A stretch of 64,000 bases of DNA from Chthonomonadales bacterium. GTDB taxonomy: Bacteria; Armatimonadota; Chthonomonadetes; Chthonomonadales; CAJBBX01. Shown piece after piece: positions 44,800 to 54,057 of this stretch. Position 1 is the stretch's first letter, and each line of letters begins with the position of its first letter. The notes under the pieces were generated by a model. The model did not search any database. It was not told the origin of the DNA and saw only the letters and a list, made by a program, of their open reading frames with translations. The position numbers were made by a program, and so were the translations under genes. The stretch spans positions 66,837 to 130,836 of the forward strand of contig JBBIPC010000005.1 in the NCBI GenBank assembly GCA_037443035.1. Reading direction: 5' to 3'.

Positions 44800-47700
44800 A
44801 TGTATGTTCTCCCGCTCCTCTATGTCCTTATCCAGCTTCCGGCATCTTGCTCGGCCCAGGGCGCGCTACCGCCAGAGAAGATTCGCATCGTAGGGGGAAG
44901 TGTCGCTGCAGCCATAGGTACGGCGACTGGCACCGTTCGGACGCTGGCCGACTCCCACTACGGAGTGACGCTGACTGCGGCCAGCAGCGGTGAAGCGTTC
45001 CGGCTCATCCTGAGGGATTCTGAACGCGCGATCCACATCATTCGCAGCAGCGGTCAGGCCCCACCGTCGTGGGCGACAACCTCCACGCAGGCCACGGCGA
45101 GCTGGGCCGGCCCTCTGCGCGATGATCATGGCAACCTGCACGACATCGGTGTGAGGGTGACGTACGCCGTGGTTCGCACTCTCACTGGGGGTAGCGAGTT
45201 GCGGATCTGGCTCTCGCTGAACAATCGTTCGCAGTGCACCGTCCTCGAGGTGTGGATGCCGACGGTCGGGGGGTTAGCGGATCTCGGTGGCGAGGTAGTA
45301 GGCTCCAATCCTGCCAACCGCCGCGCTCTCCGGTTGCCCTTTGGCGACTGGGCGCCCCACTATCCTGGTGCCATCCCCATGGGATTCGTGGACATTGGCG
45401 GCCCTACCGGCCTGTACTTCGGGGCGCAGGAGACGCTGGCTCGCATCAAGCTCCTGCGAGTCATGGAGTTGGACGGAGACATCGCTGCCCGCATTACGCA
45501 CTTGCCCTTCCTGCAGCCTCGCGGACGGTTCCGGAGCTGTGCGGCCGTATGTCGGTTCCACCGTGGTGGCTTCGAGGAGGCCGGGCGGATCTATCGCCGA
45601 TGGTTCCTCCGCACGTTCGGCATGAAGGACCCACGCAAGGACTGGCTGCGGAGGCAGTCGTTTTTCCAGATGACGATGATCATGCTGCCGGAGGGCAACA
45701 TCCGGTACCGCATTCGCGACATTCCTCGCCTGGCGGCCGATGCAAAGAAGTATGGCGTCACCGCCATCCAGATCGCCGGCTGGCAACGGGGCGGCCATGA
45801 CAACGGTTACCCCTACTACGAGCCAGATCCCAGGCTGGGCACATGGGAGGACTTGCGCAAAGCCATCGCCGAGTGCCATCGGATGGGCGTTCGTGTCTTC
45901 TTCTTCGTGAACCTGCAGGTGGCCATGCTGGACCTGAACTGGTACAAGCGGGAACTGCGAGGTTACGAGATGGAGAGCGAGAACGGTGATCCCTTCTGGG
46001 TTGCCGGATGGGGTATGGGTACGCTGGCCTCGCGCATGGGGCTCACGACTCCAATGATGGCCTTCCTCGATCCTGCCTTCCCACGCTACTCAGAGGCCTT
46101 GCTTCACTATTATCGCAAGCTCGCCAGCATCGGTGCCGATGGTGTCCACGTCGACAAGATGTTTCCCCAGGCTGTTACGGCGAATCCCATGGCCCCCATG
46201 CCGGCCGACACGAGCACCTGGGAAGGCGCCATACGCTTCCTGAAGCGCATGGACAGAGAGTGCCGAGCCATCAACCCCCAGTGGCGCGTCTCCAACGAAT
46301 GCGCGTGGGACCGCGTGCTCCAGGTAGGCACCACCACGTGGTGGGCAGGGAACATGACGGCGGTGAAGGCCGTTTTCCCTGAGACTGCCGAGACGGTAGG
46401 TCTATACCAGCCCTACGACTTCGCCGGCGTGAACGATGCCGTCCGGGAAGGCTGGGCTGTCATGGTCGCCCCCTATCACTTCCAGCGCTCCATGGATGAA
46501 CCAGCCTGGAGAGGACTGGCACGTTACATCCGGGATGTCAAAGCAATACGGGACAGGCTCGCTGACGCCGTGTTTCTCGGAGAGCGCGCCCGCACCGAGG
46601 AAGTCACGCTGCAGGCGACCGGCGGTCGGGCACAATGGTCCGTCTTCCGGAATCCTGCAAGCGGCAGGCGCGTCTGTGTTGTCACGAACAACAGCATCGA
46701 GCGGGCGACCTGCGTGCTGTCCGGATGGTCGGGTAGTCGTGCCGGTGCCGTGAGGGTTCACATCCCTGGCAAGTCACCCGTACTTCTCGCACTACCTGCC
46801 ACCGTCGAGGTTGCAGAGGAGCGGCTGATCTTCTTCGAGGAACTCCCTGCCAGCGTGCCCGCACCGAAGGTGCATGTCATACGTTTGCCACGCGACAAGG
46901 ACCCGTTGCCGGGCGTGCGCCGTCCCTTTGCCAACGCCGACTTCGAAGGTGGCACGTTGGACGGTTGGAAAGCTGATGCGAACTGGACGGTGGATGACAA
47001 CAGCGCGGGTGGGTGGTACAGCGGGTGGCAGGGTCGGAAGTTCGCCTGGAGCGGCAGAGGTGGTGAACCGCGGACAGGCAGACTCCGCTCGCCAATCTTC
47101 GCCCTCGACGCCGAGGGTGTTCAGGTGAGCATCGCCGGATGGGCTGACATCAGCGGCCGCACGCCCAATCGGTGGAACTATGTGACGCTGAACCTGGAGA
47201 CTGGGCAAGAGCTGGACCGGGCCTATGCGCCCAACACAACACAGTTCCAACCGGTCATTCTCATGGGTCCGGGTCACCGCGGGAAACGGGTCTATCTCGA
47301 AGCAGTGGACGACGGCACGGAGGAGACCTACTCCATGATCTGCATTGACGATGTCCGGCTCTGGGATCCTCCAAGAGAACAAAGCCCCAAAGTGGCACCG
47401 GCCCCGAACACCATCGTGCTCGAGAACGGCCGCTACCGGCTCGAGATAGGGCGTGCCAACGGCACCATTGTCCGGCTCCGGGACAAAGTCAACGGCGAGG
47501 AGGTCATTCGCGAGCCTCGCCTGGCCGACAACTGGCGCATCAGCCTGCCGATGCGGGACGCGGTATCCCGTGGTACACAGCCACGAAAGAGCGCATGGGA
47601 GCGTCGCTGGCCAGAAGCATGGCGGAATCATGACGGCAACTACGTCCAGGGGAGGATCCAGAGGCTCACGCACGTCAGCCGGACGGCCGACGGGCTACGT

Positions 47701-49014
47701 CTGCGATGGGGCCCACCTCTCCGTGCAGAGGACGGAGCCAAGTATCCGGTCACAGTCACAATGCATATTCGCCTGGTCGGCGACACGCTGCGGTTCGAGA
47801 CTACGGTAACGAACAAGAGCACCTACGAGCTGGGCGAGGTGTATGCACCCATTCTTGGCGGTCTTCAGGGGCTTGGTGCTTACGCTGAGCTGCGAAAGAA
47901 CACCGAAGTCGTGTTGCCCCAGAATGGCGGCCTGACCAGCTCGCGTCCGTTCCACTCCTTCGCTAGCCAATCGTGGCTGGGTATCTTCGGGCCCGAGCGT
48001 TACGCGGTCTATCCCTCGTCGCTCGATGCACCGTGGATTGCGCTGAGCCAACGTCAGGGGCGACGCCTTCTCTACTTCGGAGCGCATGACCCTGTAGCAC
48101 GGCTGAAGGTCTTTCACCTAGAGCAAGTGCCAGGTGTCTCCGGTGCACGGCCGTCCGGCAACTGGCCTCGGCCCGAGGAGCTGCGAGGCCGCCCAGCGGG
48201 CGTTCGCATGGCCTGGGTCCACATTCCTTACGAGTCTCCGGGCAAGACCTTCCAGGCCGGTCCGGTCATCGTGCAGGCGATGACAGGAGAGCCGAGCGAC
48301 GCTGCACGCGTCTACACTAGCTGGTTTCGATCCAGGGTCCGTGCACCCGTAGCCACGCTGCCAGGGACCTCGCGTCAGGTTGGTCGTAGCTCGTTCAGAG
48401 AGATAGAGTCCCTGGCTCAGGAGGCAGCGAGAACGGGAGAGGGCGCATTGACGCTAACGGCATGGAAACGGGGATCGCCCGGCGATGGCGTGCCGCTGCT
48501 GGAGCCAGATCCAGGTCTTGGAGGCTGGGCAGGGTTACGCAGTGCAGCGAACATCTGCCGTCGGAGGAGAGTGCGGCTGATCCTCCAGGTCACGATGAAC
48601 CCCGTCTCGCGGCGCTCGGAGCTCTTCCGGACCACGCTCTATCGTTTCCAATGCGTGGATCGGTGGGGCGTGCCCCAGACAGTCATGGGATGGTCCGAGC
48701 CACGCTGTACTGCCGAGGTGTTCTCTGGTGGTGAGCGTCGTGGCTATGTCAACACTGGCCATCCGGGATTTCGCGCGTGGTTCGTTCGACAGGTCGAACG
48801 ACTCGCCGAAGCGGGAATCTCAGGCATTCACCTGCAGGGGTTCTTCCCCACGCTGCTGGATTTCAATCCCACGGTGGGTTCCACACCCGACAAATCCCTT
48901 TGGGAAGGTGCGTTGGCGACCATCGAAGCGGCCGGCCGAGCGGCTCGGAGGCATGTGCCCGACTTCAGCATAACGGTTGAAGAACGCCGGGATTACACCA
49001 TGCCCTTGGAGTAG
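44800..49014 (+). CDS. Giant secreted protein (1404 aa): two glycoside-hydrolase-like beta-sandwich + TIM-barrel modules flanking a lectin/CBM-like domain
   Basis: Signal MYVLPLLYVLIQLPASCSAQG. Module 1 has IQIAGWQRGGHDNGYPYYEPDPRLGTWEDL..GVRVFFFVN. The middle has FANADFEGGTLDGWKAD...IDDVRLWD. Module 2 has LTLTAWKRGSPGDGVPLLEPDPGLGGWAGL..RVRLILQVTMN. The track start 44092 overlaps the MFS gene and is rejected. Confidence 0.6.
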   Translation: MYVLPLLYVLIQLPASCSAQGALPPEKIRIVGGSVAAAIGTATGTVRTLADSHYGVTLTAASSGEAFRLILRDSERAIHIIRSSGQAPPSWATTSTQATASWAGPLRDDHGNLHDIGVRVTYAVVRTLTGGSELRIWLSLNNRSQCTVLEVWMPTVGGLADLGGEVVGSNPANRRALRLPFGDWAPHYPGAIPMGFVDIGGPTGLYFGAQETLARIKLLRVMELDGDIAARITHLPFLQPRGRFRSCAAVCRFHRGGFEEAGRIYRRWFLRTFGMKDPRKDWLRRQSFFQMTMIMLPEGNIRYRIRDIPRLAADAKKYGVTAIQIAGWQRGGHDNGYPYYEPDPRLGTWEDLRKAIAECHRMGVRVFFFVNLQVAMLDLNWYKRELRGYEMESENGDPFWVAGWGMGTLASRMGLTTPMMAFLDPAFPRYSEALLHYYRKLASIGADGVHVDKMFPQAVTANPMAPMPADTSTWEGAIRFLKRMDRECRAINPQWRVSNECAWDRVLQVGTTTWWAGNMTAVKAVFPETAETVGLYQPYDFAGVNDAVREGWAVMVAPYHFQRSMDEPAWRGLARYIRDVKAIRDRLADAVFLGERARTEEVTLQATGGRAQWSVFRNPASGRRVCVVTNNSIERATCVLSGWSGSRAGAVRVHIPGKSPVLLALPATVEVAEERLIFFEELPASVPAPKVHVIRLPRDKDPLPGVRRPFANADFEGGTLDGWKADANWTVDDNSAGGWYSGWQGRKFAWSGRGGEPRTGRLRSPIFALDAEGVQVSIAGWADISGRTPNRWNYVTLNLETGQELDRAYAPNTTQFQPVILMGPGHRGKRVYLEAVDDGTEETYSMICIDDVRLWDPPREQSPKVAPAPNTIVLENGRYRLEIGRANGTIVRLRDKVNGEEVIREPRLADNWRISLPMRDAVSRGTQPRKSAWERRWPEAWRNHDGNYVQGRIQRLTHVSRTADGLRLRWGPPLRAEDGAKYPVTVTMHIRLVGDTLRFETTVTNKSTYELGEVYAPILGGLQGLGAYAELRKNTEVVLPQNGGLTSSRPFHSFASQSWLGIFGPERYAVYPSSLDAPWIALSQRQGRRLLYFGAHDPVARLKVFHLEQVPGVSGARPSGNWPRPEELRGRPAGVRMAWVHIPYESPGKTFQAGPVIVQAMTGEPSDAARVYTSWFRSRVRAPVATLPGTSRQVGRSSFREIESLAQEAARTGEGALTLTAWKRGSPGDGVPLLEPDPGLGGWAGLRSAANICRRRRVRLILQVTMNPVSRRSELFRTTLYRFQCVDRWGVPQTVMGWSEPRCTAEVFSGGERRGYVNTGHPGFRAWFVRQVERLAEAGISGIHLQGFFPTLLDFNPTVGSTPDKSLWEGALATIEAAGRAARRHVPDFSITVEERRDYTMPLE

Positions 49015-49079
49015 ACTGCGCTACAACCTTCAGCCTGCGCTCCCTCATTCTTTACAGTAGCGGCACGGCAGGGAACTGT

Positions 49080-51401
49080 CTACCCACCGGCCAGAAGAGC
49101 TGACGCCCGGTCCCGGAGGGAAGCCTCCGTGGCGAGGACTTGGACTCGGGCGAGGATGTCTTTGATCCGCGCAGAGCCTCGCTTCTCCGCTGGCAGTTTT
49201 TCGGCAATGGTCAGGATGGCCTCGGACGCCTCGCTCGCGACTTCAGGAGTATCCAAGAACGCGGATGCCATTTCCAGAGCCTCCGGCAAGGTGATGCTGG
49301 ACAGCGAACCTAGAAGGATGCGCTCCTCGTCGCGTCGCGTAACGAGCGGGAGGACGTCGCGACATATCCGCAGACGCTGATCGGCAGGGATATCGGCATT
49401 GCCTGCGATGCGGAGCGCGCCACGAAGAGATCGCAGGCGCACCGAGGTGTTCGCATCCTCCCGTGCAAGCCGGATCAGGTCGGGTACAGCGTCGAGCGTC
49501 GTCCACTCGCAGAGAAGATCTATGGCAAGCGCATGCAATGTCTCATCGAGTGCGGCAATGGCCTCGCGAACGACAGCGAGCGCCTTGGGGCCACCTGCAA
49601 CCGCAAGCGCACGTAGCAGCGTACCTCTCCTGTCTCCGGTCGCGCCCGCAAAGGCTCGAGCTAGCATGTCGGCCGTATGCTCCGCGTCTTTCGATCGCGT
49701 GACCGCAGCCGTCAGCGACGCTTCGAGAGCGGCCAGGTCCTCGCGACTGTCGCATGTCGGGAGGAGCGTGATAAGGCCAGGCAGGTCTCGACCGTCCACC
49801 AGTCCCTGAAGCGCTTTGAGAGCCGCCACCCGTGCGGTTGCTTCCCCAGATCGAGCCATCTCCAAGAGGCGAGGCTTGAGGCGAATGATCCCCCTCCGCG
49901 CGACGATCTCCATCCCTATCAGGCGGGCGGCCATGTCGCCAGTGTTCATCAGCGACACTGCAGCGGCCTCGGCATCCATCAACGCCAGGTCGGACAGTGC
50001 CTCGCTCGCCGCCGCGGCTGTCTCTGGCGCTCCGCTACGAACGAGACTGACCAGCACCGCCACAGCCGAAGGATGACGGAGCCTCGCAAGTGCTCTTGTC
50101 GCGGCCTGACGGAGAGCCGGAGAACCAGTCTCGGCAGCGGTCCGCAAGCTTTCCAGAGCGGCGAGGTCTCCCCTATGTCCAAGTGCCTCGGCAAGCAGGG
50201 CTGCGCGGTCCTCTGGAAGGTGAGATAGCTCCGAAGCAAGTAGCCTGGTCACTTCGGAACGTCCCTTCAGCTCATGGGCGGCCGTCCAGAGCGCGGCTCG
50301 AAGGACGCGAGTGGAGCCGTCACGGAGCGACCGTACCAGTAACGGCAGGTCTGGCATAGAGTCGGCGAGGAAGATGCCCTGGAGGGCAGCAGCACGAATG
50401 TGCTCGGGGATGTCGGCCTTGTAGACGGCCCTGTAGAGAGAACCTGCACGAACTCGCTCTTTGCGCGCGATGAGCAGCCGCGCGCATTCGAGGGATGCTT
50501 CGGCCAACTCCGCCCGAGCTTCGGAACGGGCTGTGGCCATTGCCGTCGCCAATACGTCAGCGGCGGCACGCGTGCCGATGCGTCCCAGCGCAGCCGCCGT
50601 AGCACTACGCACCTGCGGGTCCTGGGACATCAGACGGCGTGCCAGCAGCGGTACCGCCCGGGCATCGCGTCGAACACCGATGCTGTTGATGACCCCCACG
50701 AGCAAAGCACCTTCGAGGTGCTCCAATGCCTCACGGAAGACCGTGTCCACCTCTGGGAAGGGCATAGGCTCCAGCGCATGCCGTGCCATGTGGGCCAGGG
50801 CAGGATCTGCCAGCAGGCTGGCCAGGACGTCCACAGATTTCCTATCCCCGACGACGGCAAGCTCGCGGCATGCCTGAGACTTCTCCGCCACCGATGCGTT
50901 CGACCGGAGGACCGTGACAAGTTCCGCGCTCGTTCTGGCTCCGATGTTCGTCTCCGCGTATCCAGCTACGTAGACGAAGACCCGGCGCCGATCCGGCTTA
51001 CCGTCGAAGTACGCGCAGTCGTCGGTCTCGTTCGGGATAGGGTCAGCGTACAGACCTACGCGGGTTGTGCCAGTACGCTCAGAGACTTCCCAGTAGTAGG
51101 TGCCAGGTTTGAGGGGTCGCGGCAGTCGCAGTTCCACATTGGCATTATCGGGGATGTTCGCGTAGCTCTGACGAGCCAACTGGCGACGTCTGGCCGGGGA
51201 GTCCCACAGGGTGAGCGTCAGCCCGCCATCATTGTCCAACCAGCTCGGGACCGTTACCCTGAGGCGATCCAACGGTCTCTCCACGGTAAACCGCTGACCC
51301 AGGCGCACGTAATCATTCAGAGGCACACCTGTGCGCTGAGCCTCGGCTCTCCCAGAGGCTAGGCTGGCCGACAGGACTATCCCCAGCAAGACGATACGCA
51401 T
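49080..51401 (-). CDS. Secreted HEAT-repeat protein with N-terminal beta-sandwich-like domain
   Basis: Signal MRIVLLGIVLSASLASGRAEA, then many A/L/R-rich about 30-aa helical repeats (..AALGRIG..AVPLL...). ATG 51401 has GGAG 6 nt upstream. Confidence 0.75.
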   Translation of the reverse strand: MRIVLLGIVLSASLASGRAEAQRTGVPLNDYVRLGQRFTVERPLDRLRVTVPSWLDNDGGLTLTLWDSPARRRQLARQSYANIPDNANVELRLPRPLKPGTYYWEVSERTGTTRVGLYADPIPNETDDCAYFDGKPDRRRVFVYVAGYAETNIGARTSAELVTVLRSNASVAEKSQACRELAVVGDRKSVDVLASLLADPALAHMARHALEPMPFPEVDTVFREALEHLEGALLVGVINSIGVRRDARAVPLLARRLMSQDPQVRSATAAALGRIGTRAAADVLATAMATARSEARAELAEASLECARLLIARKERVRAGSLYRAVYKADIPEHIRAAALQGIFLADSMPDLPLLVRSLRDGSTRVLRAALWTAAHELKGRSEVTRLLASELSHLPEDRAALLAEALGHRGDLAALESLRTAAETGSPALRQAATRALARLRHPSAVAVLVSLVRSGAPETAAAASEALSDLALMDAEAAAVSLMNTGDMAARLIGMEIVARRGIIRLKPRLLEMARSGEATARVAALKALQGLVDGRDLPGLITLLPTCDSREDLAALEASLTAAVTRSKDAEHTADMLARAFAGATGDRRGTLLRALAVAGGPKALAVVREAIAALDETLHALAIDLLCEWTTLDAVPDLIRLAREDANTSVRLRSLRGALRIAGNADIPADQRLRICRDVLPLVTRRDEERILLGSLSSITLPEALEMASAFLDTPEVASEASEAILTIAEKLPAEKRGSARIKDILARVQVLATEASLRDRASALLAGG

Positions 51402-51444
51402 GTACACTCCGTTACTCCCTGGCTTTCCACGAGACACGCGTGGA

Positions 51445-51981
51445 TCACTTGCCCCCCGACGGCGAGCCCTTTCCATCGCGCATTGGCCGCAGCAGCGGAT
51501 CCAGCAGCGGTTCGTCTTCCATCTTCTCGACCGTGAGAACTTCCACCACGAAGGTCAGCGTTGTGTTCGGCGGGATCTTGCCATCTTCCGATCCCCTCGC
51601 GCCATAGCCCAACGACGGCGGTACGACGATCCTCCGTATGCTCCCCACACGAGCACCGGCAATACCCTTGTCCCACCCTTTCACCGAGAGGCCACCGCCC
51701 AGCAGGAAACGATAGGGTTTCTTCTTATCTCGACTGCTCTCCACCTTCTTGCCGTCCGGCAGGAACAGCTCGAAGTGAACCGTCACCATGTCACCAGGCT
51801 CCGCGATGCGGCCCTTGCCGGGCCGGAGCTCGGTGACTGTGGGCATTTCCTTGTCCTCGTTGGTCTGCGTCGCAGGGGGTGTTGTCTCGTGCGCTTCTTC
51901 CTTGGGCTTGGGCAGCATCATCCCGATCCCCAGAGCGAGCACGACAATGCACGCGACAGTCAAGATGCTCCGAATGGTCAT
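51445..51981 (-). CDS. FKBP-type peptidyl-prolyl cis-trans isomerase, membrane-anchored
   Basis: GDMVTVHFELFLPDGKKVESS...FLLGGGLSVKGWDKGIAGARVGSIRRIVVPPSLGYG. ATG 51981 follows GGAGG. Confidence 0.85.
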   Translation of the reverse strand: MTIRSILTVACIVVLALGIGMMLPKPKEEAHETTPPATQTNEDKEMPTVTELRPGKGRIAEPGDMVTVHFELFLPDGKKVESSRDKKKPYRFLLGGGLSVKGWDKGIAGARVGSIRRIVVPPSLGYGARGSEDGKIPPNTTLTFVVEVLTVEKMEDEPLLDPLLRPMRDGKGSPSGGK

Positions 51982-52156
51982 GGTGCCTCCACTCGATACG
52001 CATGGTCTCCGGCACGATCGTCGAGCCGGAACAGCATACTGTACCGCACGCGGCAGCACTCGATTACCAGTTGCACGAAGATCCCATGCGCTGATGGCAG
52101 ACTCCACACCCGTGGAATGCCATTGCTCCGTCTTCGGCTGCGCATGCCGATGCCAA

Positions 52157-52346
52157 CTGGTGGTTGAGTGACCCCGACAGTCGCGGGGGCGTATCCAAAC
52201 TACGCTACCCCCGTTGTGGATTCGCCCCGGTGGTTTCGGTGCGGCCGGTCTGTCAGTCTCCACAGTTCCTGCGGCGTGGCACTCGCTGGGGATTCGCCCC
52301 GGTGGTTTCGATACGTCCCGATATCTCGGGACTACTCAACCACCAG
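52157..52346. repeat. Composite intergenic repeat: 21-nt direct repeat (x2) nested in a 13-nt inverted repeat
   Basis: ggattcgccccggtggtttcg occurs at 52218-52238 and 52290-52310 (period 72). ctggtggttgagt at 52157-52169 has its exact reverse complement at 52334-52346. About 30 nt next to each inverted-repeat arm are also related (cccga..tcg.ggg.cgtatc.aaac). Confidence 0.7.
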
Positions 52347-52366
52347 ATATGGTCGTACCGCTAGAT

Positions 52367-53233
52367 CTAGGCGGTGCCAGCAACGCGAGCGGCTACCCGT
52401 TGCGCATACTCCAGGTTGTCGCGTACACGCTCGCCGAGGGGCATGTCCGTGGAGAAGTCCTCGAAGGAGATCCATCCGTTGTAGCCGACGCAGTGCAACG
52501 CTGTAAAGAGTGCTTCCACATCCACGACACCATCTCGCAGCGCCGCAAACGAAGGCTGCCAGCGTGCGCTGCCGTCCTCGCGAAGCCCCAAACAGTCCCA
52601 GCGTGCGTTCTTGAGGTGAACATGGGCGAGGAATGGGCCGAGCGCTTCCATGCCAAGCCGGTAGTTCTCGAATCCCTCGTACACCATGTTGCCGGCGTCG
52701 TGAATCACACCCACGTAATCCGGATCGAATCCTTCGAGGAACCAAGCGGCCGCGCTGGCACTTGGGAGTATGTTGCCCATGTGCAGCTCGATGAGTGCCT
52801 TGACGCCGAATCGCCGTGCCATCGCCTCGACCTCCCGATACCGGTCACGAGCCGCCTCCCGTAGCTGCCTATAGCTGGACTTGCCGTCGTAACCCGGCAC
52901 GTTCACGCGCAGGCACGATGCTCCAGCAGCCACGGCTCCCTGCATGGCAATCTCGACGGACTCGAGATCTGTACAAGTAACATAGGTACCCAAGCAGGCT
53001 ATCTCCAAACCGGCCTCCCTGGTCAGCTGCCGCATTCTCGGAGCGTCATCGAGAAGGGTGCGCAACGGCCAAGTGCAGAGATTTCCGGACCAGAACCCAG
53101 CTTTGCCGTCGGATGAAGGCTGCTGATCCGTGACGCGCCATTCCACGCCGTCGTAGCCCAGCGCCGCCAGCTTCTGGACCGCCGTCGGCGGATCCCACTC
53201 CGGTGTGCTCACGGTAAAGACGCTGTAACGCAT
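52367..53233 (-). CDS. Sugar phosphate isomerase/epimerase (xylose-isomerase-like TIM barrel)
   Basis: MRYSVFTVSTPEW...LGYDGVEWRV...ALIELHMGN...IHDAGNM..HVHLKN. ATG 53233 follows GGAGGTGG. Confidence 0.8.
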   Translation of the reverse strand: MRYSVFTVSTPEWDPPTAVQKLAALGYDGVEWRVTDQQPSSDGKAGFWSGNLCTWPLRTLLDDAPRMRQLTREAGLEIACLGTYVTCTDLESVEIAMQGAVAAGASCLRVNVPGYDGKSSYRQLREAARDRYREVEAMARRFGVKALIELHMGNILPSASAAAWFLEGFDPDYVGVIHDAGNMVYEGFENYRLGMEALGPFLAHVHLKNARWDCLGLREDGSARWQPSFAALRDGVVDVEALFTALHCVGYNGWISFEDFSTDMPLGERVRDNLEYAQRVAARVAGTA

Positions 53234-53351
53234 GTTTCCACCTCCCAACGGTGCTCAGTTCTCCGCCATTCGCTTGGACACCTGCGCCAGGCTCGCCATA
53301 GAAAGAACCAGGAAGGTTCAGGTCGTGTACAATGACGGCGAGGAGAGATCC

Positions 53352-54026
53352 ATGTCCTACGTGCGTGTCCAGAACGTGGTCAAGTCGTTCGGCGAACGGA
53401 CCGTGCTCGCCGGTGTCAGTCTGGAGGCCGAGCGAGGCGACACGGTAGCGGTGCTTGGGCCGTCCGGCAGTGGGAAGAGCACTCTACTCAACATCCTTGG
53501 GGCACTCATTCGTCCCGACGAAGGTGAAGTCGTAGTCGGCGACGTGAACGTCACGGACCTGGCCGCGCATGGCCTGGCGCAGTACCGCTCCCGATGCGTC
53601 GGTTTCGTGTTTCAGGACCATCACCTTCTTCCACAGCTCACCATCCTCGAGAACGTCCTTCTACCGACCCTGGCCGCCGGCACGCGTGCGGATCGGGATC
53701 GTGCAGTAGTACTGCTAGGGCGCGTGGGCATCCAGCATCGCATGAACGCGTACCCGTGGCAGGTGTCCGGTGGCGAACGCCAGAGGGCTGCGCTGGCACG
53801 GGCATTGATGAACGAGCCAGGACTGCTTCTGTGTGACGAGCCGACGGGCAATCTGGATCATGCGACAGGAGCCGAGGTCATGGATCTGCTCCTGGACCTG
53901 GCATCGGACCGCTCATCCAGTCACGCACCGCTGACTGTCATCATGGTAACGCACAACCTGGACCACGCAGCGAGGCTTTCGCGACGGTATAAGCTAGAGG
54001 CTGGCGTATTGAAGGAGGCAACATGA
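53352..54026 (+). CDS. ABC transporter ATP-binding protein (MacB/LolD/FtsE-like)
   Basis: Walker A GPSGSGKST, Q-loop FQDHHLLP, signature VSGGERQR and Walker B LLLCDEPTGNLD. Confidence 0.9.
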   Translation: MSYVRVQNVVKSFGERTVLAGVSLEAERGDTVAVLGPSGSGKSTLLNILGALIRPDEGEVVVGDVNVTDLAAHGLAQYRSRCVGFVFQDHHLLPQLTILENVLLPTLAAGTRADRDRAVVLLGRVGIQHRMNAYPWQVSGGERQRAALARALMNEPGLLLCDEPTGNLDHATGAEVMDLLLDLASDRSSSHAPLTVIMVTHNLDHAARLSRRYKLEAGVLKEAT

Positions 54027-54057
54027 CACCCTCCACATTCGCCAGGGGAGCCGCGGT

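Noticed and set aside
52218-52310. Possible mini CRISPR array: two about 21-31-nt direct repeats with a 72-nt period
   Set aside because: There are only two copies and the repeat is short and imperfect beyond 21 nt. No cas genes or leader are in the window, and the repeats are embedded in a larger inverted-repeat structure. It is reported as a generic repeat instead.
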